Positions 18,538 to 26,538 of a stretch of 45,082 bases of DNA are shown piece by piece (the stretch's first letter is position 1; each line of letters opens with the position of its first letter). The notes beneath the pieces were generated by a model. The model did not search any database and was not told where the DNA came from. It saw only the letters and a list, made by a program, of their open reading frames with translations. The position numbers and the translations under genes are program-made. This DNA is from an uncultured Alphaproteobacteria bacterium (lineage in GTDB: Bacteria > Electryoneota > RPQS01): contig CAYJKM010000004.1 of the NCBI GenBank assembly GCA_964370805.1, positions 1 to 45,082 of the forward strand. Reading direction: 5' to 3'.

Positions 18538-19443
18538 ATGAGCAGATTGAAAAGCTCAATTTGGATTTTTCTGATCGTTGTTCTCACTGCTGGATTAGCA
18601 CATGCGGACGTTCACGGTGGCTATGTCATGGCCAATGGCATAAATTACTACTACGAGATTCACGGCAAAGGCGAGCCGTTATTGCTGCTGCACGGCGGGA
18701 TGGGCTCGATTGAAATGTTCGAGCCCGATTTGAATGCGCTGGCCAGTTACCGAACGGTGATTGCCGTGGACCTCCACGGACACGGTCGCACTGCACTCGG
18801 GGAACGGCCGATTCGCTACACTGATATGGGCGATGATATGGCCGTCATCCTGAAACAGCTCAAATATGATCAGGTGGACGCGACGGGTTATTCGATGGGC
18901 GGCGCTGTGGCGTTTCGGTTGGCCGTGCAACATCCGGAGATGGTGCGGCGACTTGTCCTGGTCTCGGCGGGCTATGCGCAGGATGGATTCCATCCCGAGC
19001 TGCTACCGATGCAAGCAGCGGTTGGAGCGGCAATGGCGGATCAGATGAAGGAGTCCCCGATGTACAAGAGCTATGCTGCCATTGCCCCGCATCCTGAGGA
19101 TTTTCCCAAGTTGCTGGATCGCATGGGTGAACTCATGCGCACGCCTTTTGACTGGACGGAAGACGTCAAGAAACTCACCATGCCGGTCATGCTTATTTAT
19201 GGTGACAGTGACATGTTCCGCCTCGAGCACATCATGCAATTCTACCATCTGCTCGGCGGGGGGTTGCAGGATGCCGGCTGGCAGCGCGAGCACATGTCAC
19301 AGAATCGCTTGGCGATCTTGCCTGACGTGACGCACTACGAAATGTCCATGTCGCCCAGATTGGTCGAAACAGCGTTACCGTTTTTGAACGGCGAGACCGG
19401 TGTGAAAAGTGGTACCAAACAAGTGGAGGGGAAAGAGAAGTGA
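18538..19443 (+). CDS. Secreted alpha/beta-fold hydrolase
   Basis: AAGGAG lies upstream of the ATG at 18538. There is a signal peptide, an oxyanion-hole HGG (LLLLHGGMGS) and the nucleophile elbow GYSMGG. Confidence 0.85.
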   Translation: MSRLKSSIWIFLIVVLTAGLAHADVHGGYVMANGINYYYEIHGKGEPLLLLHGGMGSIEMFEPDLNALASYRTVIAVDLHGHGRTALGERPIRYTDMGDDMAVILKQLKYDQVDATGYSMGGAVAFRLAVQHPEMVRRLVLVSAGYAQDGFHPELLPMQAAVGAAMADQMKESPMYKSYAAIAPHPEDFPKLLDRMGELMRTPFDWTEDVKKLTMPVMLIYGDSDMFRLEHIMQFYHLLGGGLQDAGWQREHMSQNRLAILPDVTHYEMSMSPRLVETALPFLNGETGVKSGTKQVEGKEK

Positions 19444-19518
19444 GCAATCAAACCGTAACCATGCCACAAGAATCAACTGAAGAACATTCTAAGTAACACT
19501 CTTGCGGAGCAGACATAT

Positions 19519-19776
19519 ATGTACAGGCAGAAACTGTCAGGCGTGATTCTCCTGGTGATGGTCTTCACTATCGGAATCGCTGAGGCTAACGTTCGCAGCG
19601 GCTACGTCGCCGCCAACGGCATGCAGATGTACCACGAGAGGTCCGGCGAAGGCTATCCGCTGGTTATGCTGCACGGGGCCTATATGAACATCCCTCAGTG
19701 GGCTCGATCGTTCCCCCACATACAAAAGGAGACTGCAGATGCGCAAAGTCATTTTCGGTATCAACATCACCCTTAA
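19519..19776 (+). pseudogene. N-terminal remnant of a second alpha/beta hydrolase paralog
   Basis: Signal peptide plus NVRSGYVAANGMQMYHERSGEGYPLVMLHGAYMNI parallels DVHGGYVMANGINYYYEIHGKGEPLLLLHGGMGSI of the intact neighbour. Homology is lost after about 19700, and the next gene's RBS and ATG overlap the fragment. Confidence 0.6.
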
Positions 19777-20293
19777 TGGTATTTGCGATCATACGGAGGT
19801 GATTGCGGATGACGAATTGCACGAGTACTTCACCCAGCTCCTGCAGAGCGTTGACCTGGTCGTGTTCGGCCGCCACACCTACCACCTGATGTATCCTTAC
19901 TGGGCTGACGTTGCAAAGCATCAATCGGAGACAACGGCGACGAACGAGTTCGCCCGGACGTTTGATTCACTCGACCGCATTGTCTATTCCAAAACAATGA
20001 CCGGCGCAGAATGGAACAACACCATCATCTCTCGCGCCGACCCACGCGAAGAAATTTCGAAATTGAAGCAGCAGAACGGCAAACATATTTCCATCAGCAG
20101 CATTAGCATCGCCTCCCGCCTTATGCAGGCTGGATTGATTGACGAGTACCATTTTGTTGTTCAACCGATTCTTGCAGTAAGTGGGAAGCGTCTGTTTGAC
20201 ACCGATGAACTCCGGGAAAGGCTTCAGCTAAGACTTGTGGAGTCAATAACACTGCGTTCTGGCGTGGTTGCACTTCATTATCAAAAACCCTGA
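19739..20293 (+). CDS. Dihydrofolate reductase-like (RibD C-terminal domain) family protein
   Basis: MRKVIFGINITLNGI...VVFGRHTY, with AAGGAG upstream. Confidence 0.8.
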   Translation: MRKVIFGINITLNGICDHTEVIADDELHEYFTQLLQSVDLVVFGRHTYHLMYPYWADVAKHQSETTATNEFARTFDSLDRIVYSKTMTGAEWNNTIISRADPREEISKLKQQNGKHISISSISIASRLMQAGLIDEYHFVVQPILAVSGKRLFDTDELRERLQLRLVESITLRSGVVALHYQKP

Positions 20294-20396
20294 TCATCGA
20301 GGAATTGGATATCTGAGCATACGATTCGTTTTGATAGTTGACACAACCGGCATCTCTAATTGGATATTCATTCGATAAAGCAGTGAGGAATGCATT

Positions 20397-20948
20397 ATGA
20401 GAAAATTGATCATGTGGAACATGGTAACCCTTGACGGCTACTTTGAAGGTAATCAAAATTGGGACTTATCTTTTCATGACGCTGTCTGGGGCAAAGAACT
20501 TGAAGACGCAAGCATTGAGCAGTTGAAATCAGCCGATATGCTTGTATTCGGAGAGAAGACCTACAAGGGCATGGCAGATTATTGGTCCAAGGCCAGGGGA
20601 GAGATCGCCGAGTACATGAACAAACTCTCGAAAGTTGTGTGTTCGAATAAGCTTGAGACGGCCGCTTGGGAGAACACAACGATCATGCGCGACGCGGTTT
20701 CCGAGCTGCCGAAATTAAAACGGGAAGGTGATGGGAGCATGTTTGTATTCGGGAGCGGTATTCTTTCGGAGTCTCTTATGAAAGCAGACCTCTTCGATGA
20801 ATACCGTCTGTGCGTCGTCCCCGTTTTCTTGGGCAAGGGCAGGCGCCTGTTCGACGAAGGGCTGCCGTATCAAAACCTAAAGCTTCTCGAAGCGCGTCCG
20901 CTGCAAACCGGCGGGGTTATCTTGAGCTATGCTCCGGACTCAAAGTAG
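20397..20948 (+). CDS. Dihydrofolate reductase-like (RibD C-terminal domain) family protein
   Basis: MRKLIMWNMVTLDGYFEG...LVFGEKTYKGMADYW...FVFGSGIL. Confidence 0.8.
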   Translation: MRKLIMWNMVTLDGYFEGNQNWDLSFHDAVWGKELEDASIEQLKSADMLVFGEKTYKGMADYWSKARGEIAEYMNKLSKVVCSNKLETAAWENTTIMRDAVSELPKLKREGDGSMFVFGSGILSESLMKADLFDEYRLCVVPVFLGKGRRLFDEGLPYQNLKLLEARPLQTGGVILSYAPDSK

Positions 20949-20951
20949 GAA

Positions 20952-21449
20952 GTGCTGCCAGAGAAATCTATGGCGAAAAATGAATTACTGCGGATGGACA
21001 ACGTTGGCATCGTCGTCGACGACCTCCAGGCTGCGATCGCGTTCTTCACCGAGCTGGGCCTCAATCTGGAAGGGCGAGCGACGGTTGAAGGAGATTGGGC
21101 AGATGACGTCACCGGCTTGCGCGACATGCGCTGTGAGATCGCCATGATGGTCACCCCCGACGGCCACGGTCGGCTTGAGATCTCGCGTTTTCTGAAGCCG
21201 GCCATCGTCGCCGATCACCGGAACGCTCCAGTGAACGCTCTGGGCTATCTTCGCGTCATGTTCGCCGTTGAGGACATCGATGACGTCGTTGCTCGTCTGC
21301 AAAAGCGTGGTGCCGAACTCGTTGGCAAGGTGGTGCAATATGAGCACATGTACCGACTCTGTTACCTCCGTGGCCCCGAGGGCATCATCATTGCGCTGGC
21401 CGAGCAACTCGGTAACAAATCGATAACGGATGTTATAGGAAATCCCTGA
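20952..21449 (+). CDS. VOC (glyoxalase/bleomycin-resistance/dioxygenase) family protein
   Basis: LRMDNVGIVVDDLQAAIAFFTELGL...GHGRLEI...FAVEDIDDVVARLQKRGAE. The start is ambiguous (GTG at 20952 or ATG at 20970). Confidence 0.8.
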   Translation: MLPEKSMAKNELLRMDNVGIVVDDLQAAIAFFTELGLNLEGRATVEGDWADDVTGLRDMRCEIAMMVTPDGHGRLEISRFLKPAIVADHRNAPVNALGYLRVMFAVEDIDDVVARLQKRGAELVGKVVQYEHMYRLCYLRGPEGIIIALAEQLGNKSITDVIGNP

Positions 21450-21539
21450 CGAAGGAATTTGCCGCCGAAGAAACACTTGAAATTGTCCTGTCCACTCCGG
21501 CTCCTGCCTGTTCATCGGGCAGGCGACTTTGCATTACGA

Positions 21540-21644
21540 AATATGTCGCCCCAATTGGTCGAAACAGCGTTACCCTTCTTGAACGGCGAGAGCAGCGCTC
21601 CGGGCCGGTCGGAGCAGTATAATGGAGCCGAAACGAAACAATAG
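21540..21644 (+). pseudogene. C-terminal remnant of the disrupted alpha/beta hydrolase paralog
   Basis: MSPQLVETALPFLNGE matches MSPRLVETALPFLNGE at the C-terminus of the intact hydrolase. The 20-nt string ttggtcgaaacagcgttacc is identical at 19360-19379 and 21556-21575. Confidence 0.55.
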
Positions 21645-21663
21645 TCGAAAGGATGTTTGAATC

Positions 21664-22071
21664 ATGCGATTCATGATCATCGTCAAGGCCACGAAGGAAT
21701 CGGAAGCGGGGATCTTGCCCGCTGATGAAACGCTCATCGCCGAAATGGCCAATTATCACGAAGAACTCGCAAAAGCCGGTGCGCTGGTTGACGGCTCCGG
21801 TTTGATGCCGACGTCAAAAGGCTGGCGAATCAAGTATGCGGGTGCAATGCGGACCGTGACAGATGGCCCGTTTCCCGAGACCAAAGAACTCATCGCGGGT
21901 TATACGGTGATTCGTGTGGACTCCCGGGCCGAAGCTCTCGAATGGTCCAAGCGTTTTCCAAATCCAACCATTGATGGCAGCGACTGCGAAATTGAAGTGC
22001 GCCAGTTGTACGAGCTGGAGGACTTCGGTGAGACGGAAAGCGTTGATCGCTTGCGTCAGATAGGACTTTAA
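21664..22071 (+). CDS. YCII-related DGPF-domain protein (type I paralog)
   Basis: MRFMIIVKATKESEAG...TVTDGPFPETKELIAGYTVIRV, clearly paralogous to 17030-17449. Confidence 0.85.
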   Translation: MRFMIIVKATKESEAGILPADETLIAEMANYHEELAKAGALVDGSGLMPTSKGWRIKYAGAMRTVTDGPFPETKELIAGYTVIRVDSRAEALEWSKRFPNPTIDGSDCEIEVRQLYELEDFGETESVDRLRQIGL

Positions 22072-22125
22072 CAGTAGTGCCGGGCACACTCGTGCATTAA
22101 ACATCGCCATCCAGGAGAAAATCAC

Positions 22126-23031
22126 ATGAAAGGCATCACACCGCACCTCTGGTTCGACAAAGAAGCGAAAGAGGCCGCCGACTTCTATAGCTCGATCATT
22201 CCCAATTCCAGGGTCACGAACGTAACAACGATTACGGACACGCCGTCCGGCGATTGCGATGTGGTCTCATTCGAGCTTTCCGGTCAGCCGTTCATGGCCA
22301 TCAGCGCGGGGCCGTTCTTCAAGCTCAATCCGTCAATATCGTTCATTGTGAACTTTGATCCGTCGAGGGACAAAGCGGCAAGAGCACATCTGGATGAATT
22401 GTGGGAGAACCTCGCTCGCGGCGGGACCGCGCTAATGCCGCTCGATAAGTACCCGTTCAGCGAACGATACGGTTGGATGCAGGACCGGTACGGCCTCTCA
22501 TGGCAGCTGATCCTCTCCGATCCTGCCGGGGAAGAGCGACCGTTTATTGTGCCGTCGCTCTTGTTTACCGGCGTTGTCGCCGGCCGCGCCGAAGCGGCCA
22601 TTGATTTCTATTGCTCGGTATTCAAGGATGGCAAACGCGGGGTGACCGCTCGCTACCCGAAAGGCATGGAACCGGACAAAGAAGGGACGCTCATGTTCGC
22701 GGATTTTCGCGTACTTAACACGTGGATGGCCGCGATGGACAGTGCTCAGGAGCACAAATTCGCGTTCAACGAAGCCATTTCATTCATGGTCAACTGTGAT
22801 ACCCAAGCAGAAATTGATTACTTTTGGGAGAAACTCTCCGCGCTTCCCGAAGCCGAGCAATGCGGTTGGCTGAAGGATAAGTTCGGCCTTTCCTGGCAGA
22901 TTGTGCCCACTGCCATGAACGAGATGATGGGAAAAGGCACGAAAGAACAGGTCGCCCGCGTGACGCAGGCGTTTCTTCAGATGAAGAAATTCGATCTCGC
23001 GAAGCTGAAGCGAGCGTACGAAGGGAAGTAA
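22126..23031 (+). CDS. Two-domain VOC-superfamily protein (PhnB-like / 3-demethylubiquinone-9 3-methyltransferase-domain type)
   Basis: ITPHLWFDKEAKEAADFYSSIIPNS and the duplicated motif D(R/K)(Y/F)GLSWQ(L/I) indicate a tandem-domain architecture. Confidence 0.75.
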   Translation: MKGITPHLWFDKEAKEAADFYSSIIPNSRVTNVTTITDTPSGDCDVVSFELSGQPFMAISAGPFFKLNPSISFIVNFDPSRDKAARAHLDELWENLARGGTALMPLDKYPFSERYGWMQDRYGLSWQLILSDPAGEERPFIVPSLLFTGVVAGRAEAAIDFYCSVFKDGKRGVTARYPKGMEPDKEGTLMFADFRVLNTWMAAMDSAQEHKFAFNEAISFMVNCDTQAEIDYFWEKLSALPEAEQCGWLKDKFGLSWQIVPTAMNEMMGKGTKEQVARVTQAFLQMKKFDLAKLKRAYEGK

Positions 23032-23071
23032 ACACTAACCGGTTCAAATCGCAAATCCGAGGACACAGACC

Positions 23072-23491
23072 ATGAAGTATATTTGTCTGGGATATCATGA
23101 CGACCAACGATGGGAAACCATGACCGATGCCGAACGCAATGAGTTTATGGACCGGTGTTTCACCTACGATGATGAGTTGCGGGAACGCGGGCACTTTGCC
23201 GGCGGAGAGGCACTGCAGAGTTCACAGAACGCGACCATGTTGCGGTATCGAAATGGCAAGGTCTCTGTGACGGACGGCCCTTTCGCTGAGACCAAAGAAC
23301 AAATCGGAGGAATCCTGATTCTGGAGGCACGAGACCTGAACCATGCCATACAATTGATGTCAAAGCATCCGAGCATGGCGATGGGCGGGAGTTGGGAGAT
23401 CCGTCCCGCGGCAGACTTGTCAGCGCTCGTCGCGGAGAGCAAGGAGCGCCGCGACGCCACACGAGAAGCCCAAAGCATTTCAAGCACTTAG
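23072..23491 (+). CDS. YCII-related DGPF-domain protein (type II paralog)
   Basis: MKYICLGY...[30 protein letters not shown], paralogous to 17458-17820. Confidence 0.85.
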   Translation: MKYICLGYHDDQRWETMTDAERNEFMDRCFTYDDELRERGHFAGGEALQSSQNATMLRYRNGKVSVTDGPFAETKEQIGGILILEARDLNHAIQLMSKHPSMAMGGSWEIRPAADLSALVAESKERRDATREAQSISST

Positions 23492-23538
23492 AACACACGG
23501 AGAGGCATGCTGGGACGCGCCTCTGAGGCTGCAAAGGC

Positions 23539-23567
23539 TTGACTTATAGCGAGTAAAATCTTATCTT
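23539..23567 (+). promoter_or_regulatory. Sigma70-like promoter candidate for tRNA-Glu (TTGACT-N17-TATCTT)
   Basis: The -35 and -10 hexamers have 17-nt spacing and end 16 nt before the tRNA 5' end. Confidence 0.4.
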
Positions 23568-23582
23568 TGCAGTTCCCAATCA

Positions 23583-23655
23583 GGCGCGTTCGTCTAGGGG
23601 TCTAGGACGCTGGCCTCTCACGCCGGTAACAGGGGTTCGAATCCCCTACGCGCTA
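23583..23655 (+). tRNA. tRNA-Glu (anticodon CUC); no encoded CCA
   Basis: Hand-folded cloverleaf: acceptor GGCGCGT/ACGCGCT, D arm GTCT-AGGGGTCTA-GGAC, anticodon arm CTGGC-CTCTCAC-GCCGG, variable loop TAAC, T arm AGGGG-TTCGAAT-CCCCT. The layout closely resembles E. coli tRNA-Glu. Confidence 0.92.
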
Positions 23656-23665
23656 CATAAAAAAC

Positions 23666-23693
23666 AACGGGTTAGCTTAACAGCTGACCCGTT
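23666..23693 (+). terminator. Hairpin terminator after tRNA-Glu (GGGTYAGC/GCTGACCC family)
   Basis: AACGGGTTAGC-ttaaca-GCTGACCCGTT, an 11-bp stem that includes one G-U pair. Confidence 0.6.
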
Positions 23694-24041
23694 GTTCTGT
23701 GCTTAGGCAGAGACGCCACGACTGCCGTCAATTGACTGGGCATATGATTGAAATGAACCGGTGCCGTGATCGTGAAGGCCGCATTCGATCATTGAGTGAG
23801 CTGTCGGGCCGACCGCGTGATTACAGAAGCCGGATGAACTCTCAGGAATTCCGGTTGGGGATGGCAGGTAAGACAGGCACCCTCGTTCTATTTTGCCTTA
23901 TGCATGAAGATAGCTTGGCAATCTATCTTCTTGAATATGGGTGGAAGCACGTGTATATTGAGCTTGTCTACGAGTGGCATGCGGCCGGGACATGTCGCGC
24001 ACAGGTCGCGACTTCATTATTTCGCACACCTTTCGATTTCC

Positions 24042-25886
24042 ATGAGCCATTTCTCCCTAATTACCCTGAGCAACAGGGCGGTCGAGACGTTTCGGCGCTT
24101 TCCGCTGCCGCTCTTCTCCGCCTTGGCCGCAACGTCGTCGATGATATGCGTCGTACACGTGGCACCGGCCGGGCATGAACTCCCGCTCGTGCTTCGTCTG
24201 TCCATGGCGTTCTATCTCTCGATGCTCCTGACCATTTCTGTTTCGCTGTTTACGGAACGCTTCGCCATCAAGCATGGGAAGAAGTGGTTGGTATGGTCGG
24301 CATCGATCGGCTTGATTGCACTCTATTTTCTTGCGCTGCCTTCCGTAATGGACGGCGTCACGATGGCCCACTTTGCGCTGCTCACTGTTGCGCTGCATTT
24401 GCTGGTCGCCTTTGCTCCCTTTGTCGTTCTGAACGAGATGAATGGACTCTGGCAGTATAACAAAACGTTGTTCATTCGCATTTTGATATCGGGAGTGTAC
24501 TCCGGAGTCCTCTATGCGGGGCTTGCGCTCGCCGTCCTGGCCGTTGAGAAGCTGTTTGAAGTTCGGATTGACGAGAAGTTCTATGTTGATCTGTGGTTGA
24601 TCATCGCCGGGATATTCAATACATGGTTCTTTTTGTCAGGAGTTCCGGAGCACATACCCGATCTTGAACACACGACGGATTATCCCAAAGGATTAAAGAT
24701 CTTCACGCTGTACGTTCTGCTCCCGCTCATCACGGTCTATTTGGTCATTCTCTATGCGTACGCCGGAAAGATCTTGATCACAGCAGATTGGCCCGTAGGT
24801 TGGGTCGCGAATTTGGTCATCGCGTTTTCGATTTTCGGAATCCTCTCGTTCCTGCTTATTTATCCGCTGCGCAACGACGAAGCGACTCCGTGGGTGAAAT
24901 TTTACTCGCGGCTGTTCTATTTTCTGCTTGTGCCATTGATCGCGCTGTTGTATGTGAGTATTTTCAAGCGGATTGGCATGTACGGTGTTACGGTAGAACG
25001 GTACTATGTCGTTTTGCTCGCGGCGTGGCTCTCGTTCATCGCGGGATATTTCATTCTGACCAGCGGAAAACGGATCCGCGTCATCCCCTTGTCGCTTTGC
25101 GTCATCGTGCTGTTCTCTTTGTTCGGCCCGTGGGGAGCGTTCGCGATTTCGCGCGAGAGTCAAATTGCTGAACTTGCGGCACTGCTTGACAGCAATCACA
25201 TCTTGGTGAACGGCAAGGTCGATTCGACAAAAACGCACGAGGTGAGGGCAGAAGATTATGACCGGATCGAGTCCATTGTGAACTACCTTGGCCAGATGCA
25301 CGGGCGCAAGAGTCTGCAATTGTTTTTTGATCAGAATATTGATTCAGTCATGGCTCAACACCATGTCGACGAGTACTTAACTCAACCAAGGGGCCTTGAT
25401 ATTCTCAGAGCAATGAAGGTGGAGCGAATTGACTCGGGAAATGGCAGTCCTACCCTCTTGAGTTACGGGACGAAGGACAGGGTGATGCTGAGTTCCGAGG
25501 GGTATGATCTTGTCACGGAGTTCCCGCGGGCTGATTATAGCGGAAACGGTGACACAACGACTGCTTTCTTGGTTGAAGCCGACACGGTTCATATGGCGTT
25601 TTCTGCAGCACAGGAGAGCTTCGAATTGACCTATCGGGATTATGAACCACTTGTGTTAGACTTGAAGGAGCTACTTGCCTCACTTCCCAATCATAGGGAT
25701 TTGGAAAGAACAGCGGATCGAATGACGATCCTTGCCGACCATCCGAAGTGGAAAGCGAAGCTAATCCTCTCCTCACTGGAAATCTCCCGAGAAAAGGGCA
25801 CTCCCAACCTTATCGCCGCGAAAGGCGTCCTGATGCTCAGGTTCACTCAGGAGACAGACCATGCAGCGACCCAAGTGTCGGAGTAG
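24042..25886 (+). CDS. Polytopic inner-membrane protein with a C-terminal soluble domain. Function unknown; possibly DUF4153-like, unverified.
   Basis: About 10-12 hydrophobic helices span the first ~400 aa, followed by a ~210-aa hydrophilic domain. The start was chosen at the internal ATG at 24042 (MSHFSLITLSNRAVETFRRFP); the track ORF starts at 23904. Confidence 0.7.
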   Translation: MSHFSLITLSNRAVETFRRFPLPLFSALAATSSMICVVHVAPAGHELPLVLRLSMAFYLSMLLTISVSLFTERFAIKHGKKWLVWSASIGLIALYFLALPSVMDGVTMAHFALLTVALHLLVAFAPFVVLNEMNGLWQYNKTLFIRILISGVYSGVLYAGLALAVLAVEKLFEVRIDEKFYVDLWLIIAGIFNTWFFLSGVPEHIPDLEHTTDYPKGLKIFTLYVLLPLITVYLVILYAYAGKILITADWPVGWVANLVIAFSIFGILSFLLIYPLRNDEATPWVKFYSRLFYFLLVPLIALLYVSIFKRIGMYGVTVERYYVVLLAAWLSFIAGYFILTSGKRIRVIPLSLCVIVLFSLFGPWGAFAISRESQIAELAALLDSNHILVNGKVDSTKTHEVRAEDYDRIESIVNYLGQMHGRKSLQLFFDQNIDSVMAQHHVDEYLTQPRGLDILRAMKVERIDSGNGSPTLLSYGTKDRVMLSSEGYDLVTEFPRADYSGNGDTTTAFLVEADTVHMAFSAAQESFELTYRDYEPLVLDLKELLASLPNHRDLERTADRMTILADHPKWKAKLILSSLEISREKGTPNLIAAKGVLMLRFTQETDHAATQVSE

Positions 25887-26166
25887 ATTTCTTCGAGAGC
25901 GAGCGCGTTAAAGCGCGTTCATGAAGACAACTTGTTTGCGTTTAATGCAGCGGCTGCACTCTGTCTGTCAGTCAAGAATCTGCCATCAGAATAACAACCA
26001 CATATCCGAAGCGGCATTTTCCCACCTCGCATCGAGACTTGGTGACATCACCGGTCGTCTCTTGATCCTACTTGGAGGCACTTTCACGCGTTTGACATGC
26101 TCAGCCTAGAGGCTTTTGATTCCGGCAATCGTTGAAACAAGCATTTAGATGACTTTGACTGCACTG

Positions 26167-26206
26167 CTCTCGCGCCGGTAACGGGAGGTACGAGTCCCTT
26201 GCACGC
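26167..26206 (+). pseudogene. Decayed copy of the 3' half of tRNA-Glu (pseudo-tRNA or att-like repeat)
   Basis: ctctcGcgccggtaac matches 15 of 16 positions of the anticodon-loop/stem region at 23615-23630. It is followed by a degenerate T-arm and acceptor (gggaggtacgagtcccttgcacgct). No intact 5' half is present. Confidence 0.6.
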
Positions 26207-26217
26207 TCAAGAGGAAG

Positions 26218-26251
26218 AACGGGTTAGCCCAAGAGGCTGACCCGTTTTTTT
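26218..26251 (+). terminator. Rho-independent terminator (same hairpin family), duplicated together with the tRNA remnant
   Basis: AACGGGTTAGCC-caaga-GGCTGACCCGTT followed by TTTTT. Confidence 0.75.
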
Positions 26252-26538
26252 GCGACTGGAAATGGCGCCAAACGACTGCCTTGCATTATTATCTGTTTAA
26301 TATACAGCTGGTTAAGGTATCGTCTGGGAAAACTTCAGAGTCTCTGCAGATGACCGGTATGATGTGACAGTTCGACTCAATTACTCGAAAGTAGCAGGTC
26401 AACCTGACGAGAGAAGCTGAAGAGCGGGGATTGCTGCGGCAATTGATAATCACAAACAGGTGTTGTTAGTCAACGGTGTACTTGGTGTAAGCGGCAGATT
26501 AACCTGCCGGACGCACCGCATCAGAAAAGGAGAAGACT

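Noticed and set aside
23699-24178. 159-aa ORF, and the 46-codon N-terminal extension (23904-24041) of the membrane protein ORF
   Set aside because: There is no RBS or family signal. The extension is hydrophilic and Cys/His-rich and begins close to the tRNA terminator. The internal ATG at 24042 gives a sensible N-terminus.
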